A stretch of DNA of 64,000 nucleotides from a virus. Location of the stretch: positions 1 to 64,000 of the IMG/VR virus record IMGVR_UViG_3300025012_000043. One strand, written 5' to 3'. Every line of letters starts with the position of its first letter. Within the stretch, counting starts at the first letter, position 1. Of the stretch, positions 19,601 to 31,600 are shown one piece after another. The notes under the pieces were generated by a model. That model saw nothing but the letters and a program-made list of their open reading frames with translations. It had not been told where the DNA came from and did not search any database. The position numbers and the translations under genes are program-made.

Positions 19601-22600
19601 TTTATTCGTAATGACACCAGTGGCCACTACAGCACCAAATGCCTTATTTAAAGCATTGAGTTGCCATTCATTTGGTATACGCTCACGCATTACATTGATA
19701 ATACGATCTATCTTGTCCTCCATAGTTGTTTCAACAATCTTACCAAGTGTATCACGTATAGTTATATTGTCCGCATAAATGAATGAAGCCTTTAAATATT
19801 CTTCCAATAACTGCACTTCAGTTGGAGCATCACTTATATATCCTTTAAAGGGATCGCGCCATGATATATCAGAAAGCTTGCTCAATGATTGGGTTGGGTC
19901 AATAACCCCATTAATAATTGGAACAAATTGCCCGCCACTATCTTTGGTGATATCAGCAATCCCAATATATTTATATAATGGGATGCCACCATCTTTACTC
20001 ATTAATTTATATGCTTCCTTAAAAACGTTGTCATCCTTAAAATCTAATAAAATATTTGTTTCCTTGGATACCTTATTAGCTATATCCTTGCTGATTTTAC
20101 GCAAAATACGCATACGATCTTCAGTAAGCGCAGTAATATCTACCCCTTCATTAAATTTACTAACCAATTCACTAATTGGCACCCCATTACCAGATAAATT
20201 AGTAGTATATATCATGCGCTCATATGTATTAGCTAATTCTTTAACAAGATTAACATTCATAGATATCTTTTGAACTCTATTTGGGATCCTTATATCCTTA
20301 CCAACTTTTTCAACCACATCAACCGCACGCTTATATGCACCAAGTAACCCTTTTGCATTGGTTAGTTTGATAACCTCTTTAGTCAAAGCATCCGACTGAT
20401 TATAATATACCATGTTTTCAATCAACATTACTTCAGCTCGATATTTCGCTATTCTTGCACGAATATGAGCTAGGTCAGTCTGGATCTTTATATCCTTCAT
20501 TAGCGCCTTTACTTCTTCGCCAAGACTATTCTTAACTATATTCCGCTTTATTTCTCTCTCAGCATTTAAAAACATATTCCTTCTGTCTGCCGTAATAGTT
20601 TTTAATATTCTAACCTTATCTGCTTCAGCATTTGGCTTACTTGAATCATATCCTTTTTGTACCAATTCAGATAAAACGTCATTATAAACATCTCTTTTAG
20701 CTTTAGTGACCTCTGGTATATGCAATCTATCTAAATATTCACGCATTGACTGAATTTGCTGATCAGACATCTCAACAAAACCAGCTGGTAGTGCATCTAA
20801 TTTCTTTTTATGGTCTTTGATAGCCTCCATTAATTTAGAAACAGCAGAATCTCTATCCATAGAGATCGGTATTTTAATATCACCACTATCAAAATACCCA
20901 ACTTCGATTCTATACCTGGCCATGATATCCCCGGCCATTTGCTCGCCATTTGGTATTGAGTATGAGTTTAATATAGACATCTCATCAACTATGGCTTGCA
21001 TTGCATCTATAGCAGAAATATTATTAGCATGCATAAGAGCATACATATGTTCTACACTAGGTCGTAATCTTACATTATCCTTAAATTTATCCCATAATTT
21101 TGGCAAAAATTCATTAATAGAAATAGAAAATTTAGTCGTTATCCCATTAATATATTTTAATTCATCGTCAGTCAATGGTAACGTTATTGCTATATTTTTA
21201 AACTGTTGGATATTACCTGTATAAAACTCCGTATTTTTACCAACCCTCATCTTAAGTGCGCGTTCTATATTTATTATTCTTGTTTCAATAGTAGATAATG
21301 CACCACGGGCGGTAAAAAGATCAATATTTAAAGCTTCTATCTCACCAGCATCTAATAATATATCAAGTTTACTCAAACGGTCTTCTAATGATTTAATTTT
21401 TTCAATAAACTCCATCTTTTGGGCTACCAATCCCTTAATACGTAATCCTTTTTCATTAATCCCCCCCTTTAATTGCATATTTAAAACATAAAATGTCTCC
21501 TGATATTTTCTAAACCCACGCTGTGACGCCTCATTCAATCGTCCCTGTAATGTGGTAATTTTCTCTCCATATAATTTCTGCAATATAACATCATTTGTTT
21601 TTTCAAGTTCCACTGAAAATTTGTCAATCTGATGTACAATACGGCTCATTTCTGTATCATTGATGGGCCGCAGAATCTGATCAATCTCTATTTTAACCTC
21701 CGTATCTAATATCCCACCTGCATCTTTATACCATGTATGTAATATTTGCTCAATGCTCATATCCCGTTGCATCATAAGCCCAAAATTATGATATGTAGAA
21801 TTAATATATTTAGCCCCCATAAAAATATCACTTACTTCATCGAGTTCAGCTATCAATTTATTATACTCATTTTTATATTCATTCATCCATTCACTATTAC
21901 TCATCTTTTTACTCTGTTCAAATAGAATACCAAGCCTATCAAATATAGCTATTTGCCTAGAATTCATTTTAATATGTAGTCCAGCATCACCTATGCGATT
22001 AAGCTGCTCAATCAATTCTTTATATTCAGCCCAGTCTTGTGGACTAGCTGCCTTCCCAACGATAGTAAGTTTTTTCTGTAGTGCTACCATTTTATTTAAT
22101 GATTCAGTTTCATCTATCTGTTTAATATTTACAGGAGTACGTAACAATTCTTGTAATCGCTTAATCTCACCTAATATTAATCCTGTTTCAGTTTTATTAC
22201 CCTCTGCCTTCCGTAATGCCCTATATGCAGAAGATAACTGCATATCAATATTAGAAGTTGATAAAATATCGTATTTATCAACGAACATCTTACCACGTCC
22301 TTCAATTATAACCTTTCTACGTTCAGTAAGATCATTCAAGTCCACTAATAATTGATTAACCTTGTTCTGGTCATTAATCTTCCTAGCTTCTTCTATCTCG
22401 CCCCTCAATCTTTTCATTTTCTTATCAAAAGCATCAATCCCAGCGATAATAATACCAGATATATATTTTTGTTTATTGGGTAAAGAAGTACGGACCAGAT
22501 TATTTTTCAGCGCAATAGTAATATTAAGCTCATCAATAACTAAATCAATATTCTTAATAATTTCTTGATTAGTAGCTGTAACCTTTTCTTGTATTGGCCG

Positions 22601-25600
22601 CATCATTCTTTTAAATATATGTACTTCATCAAGCTTTGGCAAAGAATGAGTTAGATCATCAATGACTGAATGGATCGATTTTAATTCATCTGTTAATTCA
22701 TCCACAGTATGTAATACAAATCCACCATATGATGACCGCTCAGCAATCCTAATTGCTGATGGAGTATCCTTTTTTGCTAGCCCATTTAATTCGGCTCTTA
22801 ATTTCTTTAATATTTTATCTGCTGTCTTGATCCTATTATTTATATGTGGTGTACCAAGTTTACTTTTTAATTTGCCAATATACCCACCTAATTCATAGGG
22901 ACCCGTACCAACTAATTTCTTTATGGCTATATTTAATCTATTAATCCTAGCTAAACGCTTATCAACACTCATTCCAGTATTAATAATATCATTATTTATT
23001 GACGACAAAACATTATATAACTCTATTTGCCTCAAAATCTTTCCAGAATCTACCATCATAGCATTTAAAACATTGTCTTGGTTATATAATCCCTTAAGCT
23101 TATCAATTATATCTGATACTATACCAACTCTATCTATATCAACCTGTATCAAGCGTTTTTCAGTTATATCTTTGGTTTCTAAATATATCTTATTTAACGA
23201 TTCAAGTTTTTCTTGGATACCTTTGATAGACTCTATAGTACTACCATCAGATAATTTAACGCGGATCATCCAATCTTCTATAAATATAGGAGGCTTGGGT
23301 TGCCCGCCTATCCTAGGCTTAATCTTAAGATCCGCACTAACAAATGGGATGCCAACTAGCTTGCGCTCATACATAGCTATTTTCTCTAAAACATCATCAT
23401 ACAATGATGGCTTATATTTATAAGAAGGGCTTACTGCATTGCTTATAGTATTTAATATAATTAAATCTAATGCCTTACTAATTTTAGATATGGTTTCTGG
23501 CTCTGAGAATTTTAATTTTCTAAAATCTGGTACCCTACTATCTTGTATCCCAGCCTTTTCTAATATATCTATAATGCCATGCATCTTTTCTTCTAGAACC
23601 GTAGCGACATTACCTATATCATCAATAGTATATTCTTTACCATCAACAACCCCAATAGACCTAATATTAGTCTTGGCACGCAATAATAAACTTTCAATAA
23701 ACAACTTCCTGTCCTTATTCCTGCCCAATAATTGTTCTAATATAGGTTTTTGCTCATATCTACCTGCTATTTTTTTAATGTCCTCACCAATAGTCCCGCG
23801 AGTCAAGAAGTCTACAATAGACTTTGGATTTAAACTAATTTGTACACCTTGTGGAGATGGACCATTAATCCTATTAAATATGTCTGATTCATATTTAGAT
23901 ATTCTCTTCTTAATCCTTAAAACTTGCTCATGCACCTTACCATATTCAGTTACTTTCTTTTGATAGATTTTAAACCATTCATCACTTCTTATTAAAACTT
24001 GGTCATCTACACCAGCAGCCCTTAAAATATTTAAAAATGTTTCTTGCACCCCACCAGTGGTTTCATTTAATAATTTTACCCATTCATCCGGATTAACCTT
24101 CATTTTCTCTTTGGCTATATGTGTAACTTCAACGGTTTGGTCTAATAATTTCTTTAAACTAATACTATTCAATTTGTCATAATATTGCATATATATCGCA
24201 CTTGGGTCATCAACAATCTTGGCGTCAACGACAATATTAAATCTATCTTTCAATATGATCCGTAGGGCCATAGCAACTAATCCACGACTATCATAGCTGG
24301 GATTAATTAATAAATTACTGTATATTTTTCTGTCAGCATTATAATTTTCAAATAAATATTTCTCTATCCCACCTAATGGTTTTTCATGCAATACCTTTAA
24401 TATCCTAAATCTAGGCTCAATCAACGCAAAATTTGGATCATACATTACTTGATTACTGGCAATGACTATTCTGCCATCATCTAAAGCATATGTACGTATA
24501 TACGATTTAAGCATGTCATCCTTATATTCAAATTTGGGCATGACACGTACACTTTCCGACCAACGCTTTAAATCATTAAATCTATCGAATTCTACACCAG
24601 CCAATGTTTTTTCTCGTACTAATAAATTTCTATATTCTTCTGCCTCTTTTTGTGTTAGCCCACGTTGTAGGCTGGCGAACGGTACCTCTATTGATCCTGT
24701 GGCCAAGGCTGATATAAATTCATAGGTACGCTCACCCATATATCTACGTAAAGCACCAACAATATTTCTACCATAATGATCTTTAGATATACCAGACATA
24801 CCCAACAATGAATTTGACAAATCAAAGGCAAATTCGTCTAATATAATACCATGCTTTTTAGCGACTTGTCGTAAGGCTGCGGTAAATACTGGCGAATCTA
24901 TATTAATCAACAATGCCTTATTAAGAGTCTTCCTTGCTCGCGGCAAATTCCACCCAGCGACTTTAAATGTTGAATTAATGTTAACCCCAGCACTACGTAG
25001 GTATTTCTCTAATTCAGTAGCTACCTCTCTAGATGTTTTAACATTATAATCCTTAGTTGATTTTAAAACACCATCGACTATACCAAGTATGGCCTCACCT
25101 AAATCATTTTGTGGTAGGTATCTATATAAAACATCACTTTCAAGATCTTTAAATATTCTTGCCCTTCTGGCGTCACTAGTAGTACGTACTATCTTAAATT
25201 GTTGATCAACCTCATCAATCTTTTCCCATTCCTTGGTTAACATTTCTTTAGCTAATGATAAGTGTAAAAAATCCAACACGGTTTCCTTAAATGGGACGAC
25301 TTTAGATAGATGCACAATATCATCACTACGTACCGAGAAAGCCTTCCCTACCAATACTAATTCTTCTTGTATTGTAAGCTGCATATCTAATTCTGTTTGC
25401 TTCCTAAATAAACTTTTGATCTTTCTCTCTAGATTGCCAATCTTTAAATTATCTTTAATCTCATTCGCATTTTCTCTAATAAGAACTTTATATGCTGCAT
25501 CACGCTCAATAATTATATTATTCAATTTAACCCTTAAATCATGAGCCTTGGTCTCTGCTTTGGTGATATTGATCTTCAAGATTCCTTTATCAACATTGCG

Positions 25601-28600
25601 GGACAACAATGTTAATAGTTTAAACCTATCAACCGATACAACATCAAAATTATCAGCATATCGTACAGTCAAATTCTCAACCAGATCTTTAAGCGGCCCC
25701 TTTATCTGCCCTGGATCATAGTCAACTACCATTGGAACTAATTTACCTAATTCTTCTGGTTTTGTTGATGGGACCATGACTTTCTGTGACTCTATGAAAT
25801 CAATCACATCCTTTAAAATAAACTGAACCCGCAATTCAGATTTCTGCTTTGCCGTCAATGATACTAATTTACTGGCTGATTTAGATATATCTTGTATCAC
25901 CAAACTAACATCGGTACCTAATTCTGCAGCCTTTTTAAATTCATCATTATATTTTTGATTTAAAAATATAAAATCATTAATACTTTTTGTGTTTAATTCG
26001 GCAATAATGTTGGCCACAGTATCTTTACTAACCTTTTTGCCGATAGCGATATCTGATATAAACTGATCTACTTCATTGGCAGCATTATTAAATTTACGAG
26101 CAAATTGTACTTGAATATACTTCTTCACATATATTTCAACAAGATTATTCTGGGCAATAGTTTCTATCTGTTTAGGTGGTAATTTGACAGCTTTAACCAA
26201 ATTGCTAAATACCTTTTTGAGAACCTCATAATCATGTTTAAGCATTGAAGCAGTATAAAATGGATCATGGACGCTTAATTGTCCTGTTAATTCGCCTACC
26301 TTACTTTTTAAGGCAGTGATCTGCTCCTGTAATTCAATTAAACGTCTAGTATATTTTGGTTCCATTAGTACTTTACCAGCATTTGCTAATACATACAATC
26401 TTTCAGATTGGACCACACCTAAATCATTTAGAGCCTTTGATAATTCATCGTATAAATCCTTCTTAACTTTCGTATCCTTTAATTTTTTAATATTAATCTC
26501 AGCAATTGATATCCCGTTACGTAATTTGGACACATTACGACGCAACAGAACTGGCCTAGACATTTCAATATCCAACTGCTCCTTCATGTCTTTTAAAGAA
26601 ATAGTTTGCTTATTTATTTGTTCATTAATATATGCCAAATTAGCCACTTTAACATCGTCATATTGTAAAACATTTTGTGCTAACCTATCTTCAACGACCT
26701 TCATATTTGCTTCATGGGCACTAATAATATCACGTATAATAGTAATATCATTTTCTAGTTTAGTAATCTCAGTTTGTACTCTACCAGCAATATCACCACC
26801 AGCCTTTGAAAACTCATTCTTCTTTATATCTAATATTCTATTCAATCTTTCTACCTGGTCATTTGGTTGAATCTTCATTGTGTATATATATTGTGCATCA
26901 TCGGCTATGACACTTGGCAACTGTTTGATTTTTAATACCACACTATCTAATTCAGCATTGAGTGTCCCAAGTAAATCAGTATGCCTGATTATCTCAGCGT
27001 CAATACGTTCGGCCCTAGGTAATTCCTTGATATTGCCAATATTACTCTCAATAACTACCAATCTATTACGAGCTGCCAATATCTCTTGATCTAACTTGTC
27101 AACACCAAGTGAAGTGGCCTTACCTACCATATTTCTTTTATTAAGTTCATCAAAATTATTTAATACATCATTAATATCTATAATTTGTTTATTGGCATCA
27201 TCAGTCTTTTCTTTGGCTAATTCGTCCAATCTAATACGTAATACGTACTTCATACGCGTAACTACTTCAGGATTAAAAAATGGTACGCCACCATTTAATT
27301 GTTGTATGATCTCTCTCGTATTTGCAGATATATCACCAGAAGTAGCAATATCGCTAAATATATGGGTCCATTTATTAATTATCTGCTCACGATTTCTATT
27401 TAACCCATCTAATTCTTCTTTAATATTTTTATATTCTGCGCGTAATTCACTAATCCCAGATTTACCAATGATCCAATTATATTCAGCCTTAAGTTCAATT
27501 ATTTTCTTCTTAATATTTTCTACTTCGCCATTTATTGTATCCTTAGTAGCGAATAAATTAATAAATTTAACAGGTGATCCATTGATACTATTCCAAAAAT
27601 CAGTAGTCTTAGGCAGTACTCTTGCCATTGATGAACCAATATTTGATAACCATTCTTTGGCAATAATATTCACAACATTACTACGTAATTTAAACCAGTC
27701 TGCTAGGTTTGACGAATCAACCCTAGGTAACATCATTTTATCAATATCTGAAATAAGCTGTGACTTGGTTGTGGTTAGTGTTACAAAATACCCATATTTT
27801 TGTTCTAATTTGCTTAATGTTTCTTTCTCAATATTTGTTAATACTGCTTTATGTCTTAATTTATATAACTCTTCACCACCTATAAATTTACCATTGTCAT
27901 TCGCAAACCACAACCATCTTTCATTAATGACCCCAAAAGCCCTAATTTTACTAGCTAAATCTTCTTCTCTCTTAATACTATTACGTAATAATTCAATCTG
28001 ATATAATACCTTATCTTGTAATGTTTTGTCATCCACTACACGCGCATATCTTAAGTCTATATCAATAAGTTGCCGTAACATGAAATCATTATATATTGCA
28101 TTCAATGATGGATTGAATATTAACGTTCTACTGTCCATATTAACAAAATGCGAGCGCATGGTTTTTAAAGCATCTAGCTTAGCATATAATTCAGTGGCTT
28201 TTTGGGGTTCTTTTGTAAGCGCCGCATATGCCTCTTTGATTTGTAAATCAATATATGATGATGATATGGATTGTACTGGGATACTTTGATCAAACCAAAT
28301 TGACACACCAAAGGCACTACCAATCTTTGTGGCTGAAGTTATGATACCATCAGTTTCTGGGATATATCCATATATATCTTTACCAGCTTCGCCCAAATAT
28401 TTGGTCTTAATATTGCTATATTTCTGCCATTTAATATTAATGCCTTCTATACCCTTTTCTCTATTCAGCCCAACTAATCCACCATAGAGTTGCCTAATGC
28501 CTTTTTGATACTCTTCCATAGCCATCTTTTCTATAACTTCCGACCCCATGGCATCTTGTATCTTATCTGTAAGAATACTTTTTAATTTCCCTTCTGCTTC

Positions 28601-31600
28601 ATTGATATATTCAATATCCTGATTGGTAAGCCCAATTCTAGATATCTCTTTATTCATTTCATAAAAAGAAGTTTGTATATCTCTGTCAATACTTGTCATA
28701 TCAGTAGTATATTGTGTTCTAGTTTTGGCCGATATTAATTCAGTAGCAGTATGGATCATTGAATTAAATGATATATCTTTTGGTAAAACGCCCTCAGCAC
28801 CAATTATCCTAAATCTATTCTCCATACTTTCAACGATTATTGAAAATTTGGCATCATGTGGTTTAAATCCTTTACCACTATTTAAAATTATTTGAGTATA
28901 TGGGTCTAATTCACCATTTATATTTCTAAACCCAAGGTTCATAGTACGTATATTATTATTCTTATCCACATATACAACAACAGGAAATTCAGCCGACTCC
29001 CATCCCTTTAATCTACCATCCGGTGCCTTGCTTCTTAGTATTTCAAATAATTTATCCCCTCCTTCTTTAACGACTCTACCTACTTGCCTACGTTTCTCTT
29101 CATTAACCCTACTGGATATCATTGGAGTAATCTTCTCAAGATTCTCAATACCAATATTGTCTATTTCGCTCTTCATAATAGACTTTTGTATTGGTGTGCC
29201 AATATCATCAACAATTACCCTTATTCTATTATATATATCTAATTGAGTATCTGGGTCTATAGCACTCTTAGTAATAGTACTAATATCATCAATATCATCG
29301 ACTGGTGCCTTTGCAATTATGGTTTGATATTTCCTAATCTTATTACCATCACGTGATATGTCATAATGATATCCAGACCCAATTATTGATGGCTTAGAAT
29401 TTATACCAAATAAATTAAAATTTTCAATTACACTTTTACGCTCTATATCAGATAGAGCATAATATTTATATAATTTTGGATAAACCTTTTCATCTGGTAT
29501 AAACCCACCAAACATCTTTGATGGAAATTCTACAACTAATGCATCAAGCCCCTTGGTACCGTGCGATATAATCTCTGCTTCAGTAATCAATGCATTAGCT
29601 TGAGCTGGTGTGGCATTTATAGGAATATGCAATTTATATACAGCCATCGCACCTACTCGATCTGGGAATAAAAATGCTCTGTCTCCCAATAACCCGAACC
29701 TTTTCATTAAATCAAATGGTAATCCTGGTGCTCCATCTGCTCCAGTTATTAATGACGGAGATATAACCTCTACAGTACTAACCATTTCACCTTTCATACT
29801 TAGAATGATGTGGTCAGTTGATAATCTAAAACCATCATCAATAATATTCTCACGCATAAACCTTTTAAATGGTATGTCAATTCTAATAGAATAACTCTTT
29901 AATCTTTGAATCGCTTTTTCTGCTTTATTGATGGTCTGATCAAGCTCTTCTAACCGAAAAGCAATAGCATCAACTATCATGCCAATGTGTCTATCAACAT
30001 CTCCATCAGATGCAAACTCAGCCTTAATTGATGGTAATATAATATCCATATATTTATGTGGATCTGATAAGGAAATCTCACCAGAAATAACATTAAATAT
30101 CTCTTCGTTTATCTTATTCTTTTTGGTTATATCAATAAGGGATGTTCTTTTCTCATGTAACTCTTGTATTTTACGTAATACAACCATTAATCTTGCTTTT
30201 TCAGAATTCCTACTATCTAACACTGATAAAACACTTGATACCTCACCGATAGCATCCGGATTGATCTTCCCAGCTCTAATGATACTAAAACCACCAATGG
30301 CATCATCGGCATATAAATCAGGGTTAGATGCATCAAATTGGGCAAACTTATCTATATCTAACTTTACAATCTTTGAACGAATATCTACTATATCATTTTT
30401 TAACAAAAGCCGGTTACGCTTAAACTGCTCCATATTAAGTATAGAAAGTGCTGATGCACTCTCTTCTATTATATCTGGTATTTTTCCAATATCTTTGGCT
30501 TGGTCTTCGGGCATATTAGAAGCAATAGCCGCAAACCTAGTCTCTAACTTTGAAAGTTCTTCAACTTTACTACTTAACTGCATTACAAGAACTTCTCTAT
30601 CATCTAATACTTTACGCAATAGTGCATTACTAGCGCTCTTTGTTTTATTCTCGGTGACCAGATTATGCCCAATAGACTCAAATAACTTTTTATTAGCATC
30701 TTTTACTCGTATTTTAACTTCAGAAAATATGTTACTTGCACCAGTATTAAAATGTTCTTCCTTTAGTTTATCTACATCTGCCAGATCAAGTAATACAAAA
30801 CGTCTTTGTTCAGTAGGTAAATATCCAAGACCACCCATTACAAAATCAACTGCTTCATCTAATTTCTGGTTATATTTTGCCCTTCCAGGGATATTCTCCA
30901 ATTCATCCAATTCTTTGGTAAATCCATTAACTTTAAACTTAAAATAATCATTTATTAATTGTTTTAGTTTATTACTATCTCTAATATTAGTAGCATCTTC
31001 CTTAATTAAATCTTCAATTCTATGTATGTCATATTCAAATTTACCAAATTCTTCTGCTGAACTGAATGGCCCATGAGGATGTAACAAATACAACATTGGT
31101 GGTTGTAATGTTTGGATCTCTGTCAAAATTGACGCCACACGACCACCTATTAACGTATCAAACCCATAATAAATTGGTGGGTCTTTAAACAAATTATTGG
31201 CCCCACCAAAATATTTAATAACATTATCAAGCTCTTTAGTTAGTGCCGCATATTCTTCTGGGGATTTGATCTTATCAATCTTATTTAATCTGGTCAATAA
31301 ACTACTAACTCTATCCATACTAATACCTTGCTCAAATGAACGATCAAAAAGTTTTGTGACGTCACGTATTTTAGTTAGTTGATTAAATTTGATTTCTAGT
31401 TCAACCCGTAATTCATCTAATATATATGAGTTAGTAAGTGATTCTAAAAATAACATCTCTTCTACTGGTTTAATTGAGGTATTGCCCTTAAGATATGAAC
31501 CAACAGCCGAATTTACTGATTTGCTGTTATTTTTGATCCAATCTAAAAATCCTCCATATGAATCTTTATAATTAATATGATATAATAATTTCTTTCTGGT